Part shown: positions 52,857 to 64,000 of the stretch, one piece after another
Position numbering within the stretch: the stretch's first letter is position 1
How the letters are laid out: the number at the start of each line of letters is the position of its first letter
NCBI GenBank assembly: GCA_965153285.1
Contig: OZ229110.1
Strand: one strand, 5' to 3'
Length of the DNA stretch: 64,000 nucleotides
Source: Podarcis tiliguerta
Lineage: Eukaryota
Program-made: the position numbers and the translations under genes
Notes under the pieces: generated by a model
The model's database searches: none
Told to the model about the DNA's origin: nothing
Seen by the model: the letters and a program-made list of their open reading frames with translations, nothing else

Positions 52857-54029
52857 CTGTAAAGACAGAGGCAGATGACAAGCAGTCAGATCCCATGCTT
52901 TAAAAGCACCCAGTAATAAAGCATCCCTCACAGCCCAGATGGGGAGGGTAGCTAGGCACATTAAGGGGTTAATGGTGCAGTAGCAGCAAGGCCATATTGC
53001 ACCAAATACTCAAGTAGCCCAAATAGGGGAAATAAGACAAGTAAAAAAAAGCATTCTATGCAGAGAGAAAAAAAGCAGTAAACATGATAAACGCAGGAGG
53101 ATTTTAGTCTTTTAAACAGTTGCTAACAGAGTACCCTGTGGGTTCTACATTGCCACCAGGCAACCAAGCAGGGAAATATATAAGGATCATAGGTATGCAT
53201 GGGCTGGTGGGCTCAAAACTTTGTATACAGCAAGGCTGGATTATCTATTGTAAAAATAATAATAATAGGGTGGTTCAGAAAGGCTTGTTTCAATATACAC
53301 TATAAAGCCATGTTTTCTCAATTGTCAGATTACAGGAAATCCTAATTTACCTCTCAAATATACAGTTATCACTACTCCTGAGTTGGAACAGGAGAACTGA
53401 GCATTGTAGGCAAAGAAAAGTCCAGGCTGAGGCTCAGAAGAGGCTGCATCACCATCTGGCTGAAGATCCCGCCCAGGAAATAATTTTCATATTATTAAGC
53501 AACTTAAGGGAGAACTGCTCCACCTTTTGGTGAAATATACAATTGAAAGGACATGCACTTGTTGGGAATTGTAATGCACTTATGCCATTAATGTCTTTAA
53601 CCACTTGCTTTGTCACCACTGGTAACCAGGCATTCCACATAAAACAAAAGCATGGAATTCCTTCCAGGCAAGTGACTGGCCTGTGCAAGCAGGGACAGAA
53701 GGTTGTGCATTGACAGCCCAAATGGCTTCCATACTTGTTGCAGTAGAAGCCACTTTCACAATATGAAAACTGATTGGGTGCGGAAACCAGAAAGCTTTGC
53801 CTTCCCAATCAGCTTTGGTACTGGCCATGTAAGAAGTGAAGCCACTTATTTTTTCTTGCTTTTATGGAACCCAATTGGATTGGCAAAGCAGGGACAGAGC
53901 ACTTTGTTTCACCAGCCTAAGAGCAAACTGGGCTAACAAAGCAGAGTATTCTAGCCCTTCCCTTCTCTGACAGTGTGGTCAAACACCACCTGCGTTGACT
54001 CCAGCAGTGCCTGCCATTTTCATTTGCCC

Positions 54030-54046
54030 ACACTGCCCCCTGGAGA
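54030..54046 (-). promoter_or_regulatory. Candidate CTCF site in CARS1 intron 1
   Basis: Minus strand CTCCAGGGGGCAGTGT matches the CTCF core; motif match only. Confidence 0.5.
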
Positions 54047-57000
54047 GATAAAGATAGGGGTTGCGGCTAAAGCCCAGATCAGGAGGTGTATCCCTGCAAC
54101 AAAGCACACCAATACATATTAAAATGGGGAAAGGCGAACCAGAATCCTCTTCCTATTAAGGAGGGAAGAAAAACAGAGCAACCAGGGGGGCAGGGGAGGA
54201 GGAGAAAGCGGGGAGTTAAATGCTTCTGGGCTGCAAACTTCTTTATTAGCCAGTTTTTTCACTCATAGGTGGGCTCCTCTGATGAGTAAAAAGCAGGCAG
54301 GTATTTTTTTTGGCTGTCTAGTTAACTAAAACCCCAGGAGTTGACTTACAAGGCTGACTTACAAGTAGGTGTTCCCATGTTAAAATCTGATTGTATATCA
54401 GATTACATTCCACTCCTGCCACCTAATAAACAATAGAGATGAAGGAAGCAGCTACGCAAACCCTTAGGAATTCAATTTCAGCATTATTTCTGGCTAGGTG
54501 GAAAGAAAAGAGCAGTGTTTCTTGCTACAATTTCTATTGTCAGCCTGGGCCCCAAGGCAAACTTCTAGGCACAGAATGAAACCCAGTGCTTTTAATACAC
54601 TGGCTCAGCTGTTTATACTTTATGTGGCTAGTGAAAGCAACCAGGATATATATCCTGGTAAAACAATGTAGGCAATATTAGACAATCACAAATTATTTCT
54701 CATGTTAATGTGTGCCAACCAACTGGACTGGTGGTGAGGGGATAAGAAACTGAAGAGAGAACTTAAAGGGTTAAGTTCCACAGTTAATGTCTGTGGTAGC
54801 AAGAAAGACCATGCAGAAAATAATGCAGGTTTTATTGCAACTTTAACACACATATTTGACTAACGTTACAGACCCAGTAATGAAAACATCCTCGGTCAAA
54901 TAAATACACCGTGTGTACAATTAAAATGTATCATATCTCAACAGTGTGTTTCAGTCACTCCAAATGAACAGTAAGCCTAAGCAGCAATTCCAGCAACAGG
55001 CCCTGGAAGTAACAAAAATTCAGGATAATGATGAAGTCCGAGCCCCACAAAATCATGAACAAGAGGACATAAGATTGATACAACCTTTGCTTGCTATATG
55101 TTTGCTTGTCCTCTAAGTTAGCTTCCCCTGATTTGGTGCCCGTAAGATGTTTTGGGCTACAACTCCCATTGTCCTAGACCAATCATTTGCCCTGATAGCT
55201 TGAGTTGATGGGAGCTGCAGTCCAAAACACATCCAACTGCACATTAGGGTTCCAGGATCAGATGCAAAACCGCCAGAATTAGAATTTCAGCTTCACAGAA
55301 AAGGAAGCAGCTGATGTCCCACTGAAATAACACAGACCATATCAAATGGAGGAGGTTGGGGTGGGGCAGACACCGGCATCTAATTAACATTACACCCATT
55401 ATAATCTCTCTGTGGCATAGAGTCATTGTTTGAGATCTTCACTCTGAAGCTTGGGTTGCTATTAGACAGAGAGGCAGGCCACAAGAAGGGATGTAGGTGA
55501 CCCACAGGCCATAGGTCAGTTAATGTTAGCTTCTTAAATCACCCCCAAACCATTCCTGTTTAATCATACACTCAGCAAACAGTTTAAATAACTTTAATTT
55601 GTATGCTTAAGGCTTGTAAACATTATACACACAGATACATATTTGAGGTCAGCCATATGAGCTATTAATTTATTCTGGCTAAGTATCACTTGCTAGCTAT
55701 TTAGTTACTGTCATTGCTTGCATTCTTCCTCAAACATAAATTTGGAAACAAAGCAATGATGATAAACAGAAACAGACTTTCTTTCCATTCAACGTGATCC
55801 TTGCACTGGGACAAGTGAATTGTTGTAAGAGCAAACTATAGTCAAGCAATGTAACATAGAATCACAGAACTGTAGGATTGCAAAGGACCCCAAGCATAAT
55901 CTAGTCCAGCCCCCTGGTGAGTAGACATTTTGTTGTGGTGACTGTAACCTAGATTTATGGTGCCATTTGGCACCTGGCTTATATATTTGAGTTTCTAATA
56001 CTGGTTGAGGCTGATGGGAGTTGTAGTCCAAAACATATGGGTGGAGAAAGATGTTGTAAACCATCTTGAGATCCTTGGAGGAAGTGGGAAGGTATAAATA
56101 TGATCATAATAAATATGTAGTTAAAAACAGTAACTCCCTCATGACAACTGCCTGAAATATAAGTGATCTAGGATACAAAGCTTGCAGGTTTTTACATACA
56201 TGCTCTGGAATGCAAACTTATCACCCTTTTCTTTTTAAATTAATGGTTCTGCACATTTACCTCAAAGACTTAATTATGCATTTAAATGGAAATGCTAAGA
56301 ACACTGCATGCTACTCAATTGAGTCATAAGAGTATACTCACTGAAACCAATCTCCTTGAGTAACATTGCCATTATTTCAATGGGTCTACTCTGTGTATCA
56401 TTGAATATTATCTATATGTGGACTTTGATTATCCAAGAAAAATATAAGAGGAAATAAGTACTGTATATTTTATCATAGCATGTGGAGTCTGGCAGGGCAG
56501 AGATGTGGCATGGTATCTAGATTTCAGGGCCTAGACAGAAGCAATGTCAGAGACTAGTCTGAAAGCAATTCCTATTTTTAAAATATGATCAATTGTTTTC
56601 TTTAAACCAACGTCTAACCAACCCTAGCTTAAATGGAAGCAAACAGGGGTGATTCCATCAAGGTATGCAAAGCAGTCTTCATTAGATAAAGAAGGTCGAG
56701 ACAGACTGAATTCCTATACAAATACCTAGAAATAAGTCCCATTAGGACATATGTCTGAGTAGCCTTAAAAGGGATTGCGCTGTCAATTAGAAAGTTATAA
56801 TGACCTTATTTTTGGAAACTGATATGTATCCAAAGGCCTGAGGGCTAATAAGCTTTTATATAATACTATTAGTGGAGCTGCTTGATGTTTTCAAGGTATT
56901 TGGCTTACCTTCACATGAACTAAACAAAGTGCTAGTATTACCAAAATAGAAATAGTACTGAAGACCTTTCCTGGCACCCTATGTGGAAGTAAACATTTGT

Positions 57001-57544
57001 ATTCAGTAAGAGCCCAGGTTAATTACAGGGTATCTGGTGACCTAAGCAAGACCAGATGACCATATGATAACACCAGGAATGCTTTGGAATAATCAATAGT
57101 GTGTGCTCTGTTCAAGCCATGGTCCTCAATGCAGTCAAATACTAACAGCTGCCAAAACACGATCACTTAGGGCTAATTCACAATACCCTTTTGGTAAAGC
57201 TTTAATCTGGATGGAGACTATCCATGCAACAGCTGGCATGCATGAAGCAGTCATGTGATGGAGTCAGCTCAATCCACATTGCAATGGTATCCCTCAGTCT
57301 GCTTTCAGCAGCATTGCATCTGAATAGCATGCACTACAGCAGCTGCACAATCAAATGGGCAAGATCCAAGACAAATTCACAACATGTCAAATGCCTCATC
57401 TACACTAGCCTTAAATATTATTTACCTTACACTTTCTCATGCAAAGAAAATGGTATGGTAAATGTTCTCATGTTCTCACAGCATTTTCTAACTAATGGAC
57501 ACAGTGTTTTACAATCACTACATTAATCAACATACAAAGCCATG

Positions 57545-57660
57545 TTTGGAGTACCATGTACAGTTTCGGTCATCCCATCTCTAAAAAAGGAGCACAGCAC
57601 TGGAAAAGGTACCTCCAAGAAATCTAAATTAAAATATCAGAGTGCAGGAACATCACTCCC
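57545..57660 (+). mobile_element. Degenerate CR1 ORF2 fragment
   Basis: Translates roughly to LEYHVQFRSSHL...LEKV. Confidence 0.5.
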
Positions 57661-58049
57661 TTTAATGAAAATTTAAATCTGGCGTGAGTGAACTAAGTTG
57701 CTGGGGTGGCAGGGAGATGAACAAGGAAGGCATGACAGAGTTCAGAAAGATATGAGGCAAATGAATAGAGTAGAACTCAGGGTAACAGCCAATGAAAACG
57801 ACTGGCAGTAGATTCAGAACTGACAAAAAGAAATACTGTAAACCACCCTGCAATCCTTGGATGAAGAGCAGTACACAAATTTAATAAATAATAATGTTTC
57901 TCATGACACCTGTCACTCTGTGCTTGCAATTCACTGCCTCGGCATTCAGTGATGCTCGCTGGCTTGGGCAGACCTGTCCCTCAGACCTTTTAATGTCAGG
58001 TACAGCAGCTACATGGATCCTCCTGGTGCAGGCGCAGTACTCATCCGAA

Positions 58050-58870
58050 TCCCCTCCACCGCGCACCCAGCACTCCCCAGTGGCTCTCTGGCGGGCCCCT
58101 TGAGGGACTAGGACGCTGGGTCTGCCGTTAGAACCAGAGGGGCTCCTACAAATGCCCCCGGGACGTAGGTTGCGAATACGACCAACTCCATTTCACGAAA
58201 GGGAAACCTCACCTGGCTGAAAGTCGCCTGCTTAGGGAAGCCGGTGGCTCCCGGGAATCGAAACTGGCTCGTCGGTGAGTCACATCGGAGAGGATTCCAC
58301 GACAACCAAAAGCGTCGTGGGCCGCCCATTGTCGGTCGCAGGAGACCCAGCGGGGCAGCGCCACGACAGCCCTGGGCAGGTGGTCCATTGGACCCCATGA
58401 GGGAAAGCCCCGCAGGTGCCCCATATGGCGCCTCAGCAGATACCGCACAGCTAAAGCCACCCCACTGTGGCTCCACACTCCCGCCCCACTGCTCCAGGGG
58501 ACGCGGCCCTCGCCCCGGCGCGCCTCCTTGTTCCCAGCCCTCGCTCAGCACCCAAGAAACGCAAAGCTCACCGGCTGCCGACGCCGCCATCCCGCTTCTT
58601 CCGCTCCTCCTCAGCCGCTCGCCTGACGCCGACGCCGCTCTGCTAGCACAGGCTGATGCAACCCACGGCGCGTCCGGAAGCGCAGCTCCGCCTCCAGGCG
58701 CCGCTTCCGGTGAACGCGGGCGTTGCGTGACCAGGCAACGCAGGGACGCCTCTCCGGCCCAGATGCGGATCATGTGACCGCCGTCCTTGATTGATTGACG
58801 CGCATGCGCTCTGGTTGTTCCTTGTTTACCGCTGGACAGACCTCACCCGGATCAGGCCGGAGGCAGAGCG
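58050..58870. promoter_or_regulatory. CARS1 CpG-island promoter
   Basis: CpG-rich; NRF1 palindrome GCGCATGCGC at 58800-58809; ETS/GABP-type CCGGAAG motifs near 58675 and 58705; E-box-like CATGTGAC at 58771. Confidence 0.85.
58572..58590 (-). CDS. CARS1: CARS1 exon 1, coding part
   Basis: ATGGCGGCGTCGGCAGCCG|gtgagc in a CpG island; phase 1 fits exons 2 and 3. Confidence 0.85.
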
Positions 58871-59379
58871 TAGGCATCGTGGCCAGTAGCCACCAATAGC
58901 CCTCTCCTCCATCATGTCCTCAATCCTCTTTTAAAGCCCCCCCCCGTGGGAAAGTGGTGCTCCTTCTAAAAAATTGACAGCAGCTGAGTCGTTTAAGGGG
59001 GGAACTATTGGGGGGGGGGACAATTATAGGAGTGTTTTTTTAAATATACTTCATCCAATGTCTTTCATTTCATTTCTCACTCAGCCTTCTATGCTGCTCG
59101 ATGTTTTTTAGGTGCCGGTATTCCCATAATATAAATTTAACTGGATCCACTTCATGGTGAGGTTAAACATTCTAAATCTGTTCAACCCCCCACCCCCGCA
59201 AGCCAATTTTCTAGCATCCCATCTTCAGAAATAAAGATGAAGCACTGTTAAGGCTCTTTGGACATTTTAAGTGCTATGTAAATTGGAGCCATTTTGTTTC
59301 ATTCCTTTTCATCTCACTTTTTTCCTTGTAAATTTCCCCACATATGACATAAGCAATGAATTTTAATAGTAGAAAGTGT

Positions 59380-59385
59380 TTTATT
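59380..59385 (-). terminator. Candidate polyA signal of the death receptor-like gene
   Basis: AATAAA on the minus strand at the end of an AT-rich 3' UTR of about 750 nt. Confidence 0.5.
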
Positions 59386-60138
59386 GACAAGTGTTTAAAT
59401 ATAAAAGATTTGCAAAAGGTATATTTTTTAAATACAAAAAATAAAATCTCACATTTCTAAGATTTCACTGTAAATATAAAGTCCCCCCCCCCCTGCCCCC
59501 ACTCTTCACTGGAGTTAGACCTCTACATGATTTTATAACCTTGCAGTTCTGGCTTCAAGCAAATTATGTCTCGTTTCAGCCTGCTGAACGTTAATAAAAA
59601 CGCTTTGCAATTTATGTAAAACCTTTGGTATTACACTGAAGTTTGGTCACAATAGGAAGCACATTTTATAAAGAACATTTTTTTCCCTGATAATGCAAGT
59701 GTTAAAGATACAATATACTCCAGTCCTTTCTGCTGAGTATCTTACAGTAACAATTTCATTGGATATTTGGAAATGGTGTAAAATTGCATCATTTTGAACT
59801 GTGTACATTCATTTTCTACCTTCTTTGAACCTGAATGACAAACTGTTTGTTTGCAGCGGCTCAGATTTCATTGCAAAAATGTTCAAGTACAGCAATTCAC
59901 AGGAGCTCAAGTTACAATCTCACATTTTGATGTTACAAAATACATAGATGTAGCTTTGCATCATGCACTGTTGTCCTCCAGACAAATGGTACTAGTCTCC
60001 ATACTTACCATATTAGCAGCGTGTTCTGCTTATACATCGTCAGCAAAGTTACATGCACTAAAATAAGGTCAACAGACCCATACAGTTTGTAGTTTGCAGA
60101 TTCTGCTCTTGTTCAGTTTTATTTAAAAAACCAAAATA

Positions 60139-60437
60139 TTAGTCTTCCGTCTCCAGTGTTATTATACCTTTGCTTTTTAATTCATTTGTTAGATTTTCAT
60201 AAATATCTATAAGCTTCATAGCCCATAGGCCATTTAATAATTTAAGCAAAGCATCGTTAGTGCCATATCTGTTTTGTAAAGTTTTTAGCATCTGATAATG
60301 TTGTTCATCGGTTAACGAAGGGTAATCATGCTCTATTTCCTCAATGTCATTGTCTTCTAAGCCACTCTTTCTCATAAGATGCTTCCAGGAGCGCAGTGGT
60401 ACCTTCTTCGTTGAATTTAAATAGATTTCATTCAGCA
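60139..60437 (-). CDS. TNF receptor superfamily-like gene, last exon encoding a death domain
   Basis: attgtag|; VLNEIYLNSTKKVPLRSWKHLMRKSGLEDNDIEEIEHDYPSLTDEQHYQMLKTLQNRYGTNDALLKLLNGLWAMKLIDIYENL...*; fits the TNFR1/DR-type death-domain pattern. Confidence 0.88.
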
Positions 60438-61025
60438 CTACAATACAAGATAATGTTTAGTTTAGAAGGTGTACTTTTAGTACACTTGCATGCTACTGAA
60501 CTGCAGTTCAAAAAAACTTTATAGATTTGTTTTCAAGGTGATACTACCTCTTTTCTTCTGCAGCATCTGGTTTAAAAGACCTAAATACCAACTGTATAGT
60601 GCTCAACATACTGCTATTTCAGTTAAATATGTATGGTTGTTTTCAATGCTGCATTTCTGTTCATGTAAGACTTGTACAACAGAATTTGTCTCTGCAAAAC
60701 ATGGGTCAATGAACACTGGCCTCTTGTTCTGCATGCTTGCGTTCCATAGCTTTCTCATATTGGAACTTCTTGAATTCAGCACATTTGGTGTAGTAAAACA
60801 TTTTAAGCAGAACAATCGAAGTTGAAAAGAATCAACTTATTCACATACATAAAATTTTAAGTATTTCCTAAAGTCTAAGAACATAGCCAATAAAAAATTG
60901 GGACAGACATGAATACTGGATTACCATCATTTTACATCAGGTTAAAATCAGGAAAAATACTTTCTCAGTACTTCTTCTGGTTTATAGATCGTGGGGTGGG
61001 GAAAACAACACTTGGAAAGACTTAC

Positions 61026-61095
61026 CTTTAACAGAATCAGAATTTTCAGCCGCTGCCACCACAACTACTACAGGCTGTTGCCTTGACCCCTGCAA
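61026..61095 (-). CDS. Death receptor-like gene, penultimate exon
   Basis: ccacag|LQGSRQQPVVVVVAAAENSDSVK G|gtaagt; 70 nt; phase fits the death-domain exon. Confidence 0.75.
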
Positions 61096-61845
61096 CTGTG
61101 GGGAAAAAATAACCGCCATAAATCTCAGTAGTAATTCAGAGAGTTAAAGAATTCATATGATTTGCTTTAGGGTAGTTGGCATGTTACATTTATAAACAGT
61201 TCTACAAAAATTCCTTAACAGCAGCAATTGGAATAGCTTTTTGAAGAAAACCACACATCACTTTAAGCAACCTTTCCTATTGCATGCTACAAAAGTGATG
61301 ACTGTCACAGAATTTATTGAAGCATTTCTTCAAAGTATTATAATTAAGCAAAGGGCCATATTTTAAAATACAATGTTCAAGGGGTTTATTTTACAACAAT
61401 ACAGGCAGCTGCCATTTTAGATATGCCCAATATGTGTGCGATTGTGCACATGGACATTCTGCTGAACCCAGAAGTGACCCAAAAATGTCACCAAAAGGGG
61501 AATAATGGGATGCTTGCAGGCTTTTTCAATGGTGTTTCAAATATACTTAGTTTCACTTATACATGTGAACATAACACCCACATAAATTGTACTCAAAAAG
61601 GCAACTCTGTCTTGCCATTTCTTATCTTTTAGTGCTTAAACTTTTCCTAACATTCTTTAACTCTCTATTCAACGGTATTTGTGAGCCAATGAATCATCAC
61701 AAATATCCAACCAGGATATAAATATTAAATTTGTACAGAGAATGATTCTCATTGAACAACACTAATTAACTCAAAGTACCCCATCTTGGCCCATCCCAAG
61801 ATGGAGTACTGTAGTACCCACATGGAAAGTAAGGTGAGTCTAGAG

Positions 61846-62328
61846 CATAGCTGTCAACTTACAGATTTGAAAATAAGGGACTAGCAGCCTCGAAAATAAG
61901 GGATCAGCAGCCAAAATAAGGGATTTTCCTAGCACAGGTATGTTCAACTTCTGAGCCCCTCCGAGCCAAAGGCAGAAAGCCCAGCCAGCAGCCAAACAAA
62001 ACCTCAAGCCTCAAGGAAAACCACCGTCATCTCTCCGCTGGGAAATGCTGAGCAAAGGCGAGTCCCCAGGCAATGCAGCCGATTTGATCAGGACAAGACA
62101 TGCAAGCTCTACCCCCCAGTCATTCTTAGACTTCTTATTGGGTGTGCAACGCAGCCAAGCAACACGGTTGGAGCCTCCCTCCTCCCTGGCTGGCAAGGAG
62201 GGAGGGAGAGGAGCTGCTTCCTTTGAAACCCGGGAAATTTAAGGGACATCATCAATAAGGGACAGCAGCGGGACATGGCACTGGGATAAGGGACTGTCCT
62301 GCCAAATAAGGGACACTTGCCAGCTATG
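61846..62328. mobile_element. hAT-type MITE
   Basis: 8-bp TSD GTCTAGAG (61838-61845, 62329-62336); TIR CATAGCTGTCAA / TTGCCAGCTATG; repeated subterminal ATAAGGGA motifs. Confidence 0.88.
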
Positions 62329-62642
62329 GTCTAGAGATACATTTCAGATACTTCTATCAATATTTGCTTTTTTTCTTTCCATCTACCTTAAGTATGTTCT
62401 TTGCTTGAGCTCCCAACTGCTGTTTTTGGATTGCTGGTACCCAAGAAAGAGCCAGCTAACCTAATCAGTTTCTTGCACACCACCATAAAGCAGAGGTGGG
62501 GAAACCTTTGGCCCTTCACATGTTGTTGAGCTCCCAACTCTGATAAGATTTAACTAGCAAGGCCAGTGGTCAGAGATGCTCCCACCCCATAGTCATCAGG
62601 TATAGAGAAAATTCCAGTGGAACAGCTTCTACACTTTCTTAC

Positions 62643-62792
62643 ATTGGGCTGCAGGCTTGCAGTGGTGGATTCAGTGCTTCCCAGGAGAGGTTCTTCATTT
62701 GTGCTGCCTGCTGCCAGGTTGCTTCTGTCAATATTCCCAGGCAACTTGTTTTCTGACAGAGGACCTGCCTTTTCCATCTGATTTATAAGCAG
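62643..62792 (-). CDS. Death receptor-like gene, cytoplasmic linker exon
   Basis: tttgcag|LLINQMEKAGPLSENKLPGNIDRSNLAAGSTNEEPLLGSTESTTASLQPN|gtaaga; 150 nt; phase 0. Confidence 0.72.
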
Positions 62793-63097
62793 CTGCAAAT
62801 AAAAGTAAAAAAATCCTTTTGGTACTAGATGGCTGTCAGCTTTAGGAATGCTTGTTTGTGTCAAAAGCACAATCCTGGAAATGTTTACTCAGCAGTACAC
62901 ACTCAGCTGGGGAAATTTATTTCCATGCACCTGTTTACAGCAGGGGTAGGGACCTCCAACTGTCATCAGCCCCAGCCACGATGGCTAATGGTAAGGGGTG
63001 ATGGGAGTTGTAGTAGAGCAACACCAGGAAGGCACAGGTTAGCCACCCCTGGGGTACAGGATCACAGCCTAAGCATAAGAACATCAGAATGTTTTAC

Positions 63098-63148
63098 CGA
63101 TTCAGATGAAGCTCCATTTGGTCCAGGATTCTTTTTCTTACAGCGTTC
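63098..63148 (-). CDS. Death receptor-like gene, probable juxtamembrane exon
   Basis: cttccag|ERCKKKNPGPNGASSES|gtaaaa; 51 nt; phase 0; basic cluster typical after a transmembrane helix. Confidence 0.6.
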
Positions 63149-63384
63149 CTGGAAGCAGAGACCCAGTTTAAATGCAAGATCCGGTGTGCTTTGTTTTTGT
63201 TTTTAAAAAACCCTTCCCTATAAAGGGTTGCATGCACTCAGTGTAACAAACTGGATCGCTGATGCATGCGTGGGCAATATTGGCATGCCAGCATGGCATA
63301 TTGCTGAGTCACAGATCCATAGACTGCTAAAGTACACATAGGCATCAATGTTCCACTTTATATGCAACCAATAGTTTTCTCTCA

Positions 63385-63420
63385 TTATTATTATTATTTT
63401 TATTATTATTATTATTATTT
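63385..63420. repeat. (TTA)n microsatellite
   Basis: Direct observation. Confidence 0.85.
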
Positions 63421-64000
63421 GGTAACATAGGTTTTATTCATTTTCATGTTTAAATTTTTTAACATGGTTATACCGAGATATATCTCTGTTTACGTTCTAC
63501 CACATGACATGCAACAAATACATAAATGTAAAACAATAAACATTTCTGAATATACTAACAAAGTTGTGTCAAAATTATTATGTATATTAACAAGTATTGC
63601 TTAGATCGATGAGTATAAGTATAAGTTGTTTCCATAACAATTAGAATTTATATAAAGGTGTGGTTGGGGAAATAAAATGTGTACTTCACGCATGCCAGAC
63701 TGTGCTGTAAACTATGGCACTGTTCTACCATATGCCTCATTTTTTTGTGTAGCCAATAAAGTCACACCAAACTGCATAAAAACTGACATGTTTCTTTTGA
63801 CCTCTTGCTAATTTAAATTTTTCTGTCAGTTTTTCCAATAATGCTGCTTGCTAAATTGCATTATACCATTGGCCCACAGTTAATAAACTGAGCCACTATC
63901 ACTTGTGTACTAGATATCTGCACTATATCATGACAAGTTTTCATGACTGCAACAGGACACAGCACTGAGCACATGGAACCCAGTATAGCAAAGGATTTCA

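Noticed and set aside
58108-58777. 221-aa and 177-aa ORFs at the CARS1 5' end
   Set aside because: GC-rich promoter and intron 1 read-through; only the 19-nt exon 1 coding part is supported
61866-61930. Short repeated AAAATAAGGGA units resembling an array
   Set aside because: Subterminal repeats of a hAT MITE in eukaryotic DNA; not CRISPR
63690-63830. Possible transmembrane exon of the death receptor-like gene
   Set aside because: No convincing hydrophobic open frame between good splice sites; upstream exons are probably outside the window

Overview
Vertebrate genomic DNA, most likely from a lacertid-type lizard (inferred from Sauria SINE and Squam-type SINE repeats). Three intron-containing genes lie in tandem, all on the minus strand. 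(1) NAP1L4: non-coding exon 1 in a CpG island at about 20.7 kb and coding exons 2-11; its 3' end runs off the left edge, and intron 6 hosts an H/ACA snoRNA (SNORA54). (2) A complete CARS1 (cytosolic cysteinyl-tRNA synthetase): 23 exons from 58590 to 26709, giving 828 aa with the in-frame cassette exon 2 (GST/EF1B-like) or 746 aa without it; one intron is GC-AG. (3) The last four coding exons of a TNF-receptor-like gene with an intact death domain, at the position where mouse has the death-domain-less Tnfrsf26/22/23 genes. Introns carry CR1 and L2 fragments, SINEs and Tc1/mariner- and hAT-type MITEs with visible target-site duplications. Exon boundaries were read by hand from splice sites and frame continuity. 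Most ORFs in the supplied track are spurious. No clearly new multi-gene system is evident; the best leads are the death-domain receptor, the CARS1 splicing features and a few structured or cryptic elements.
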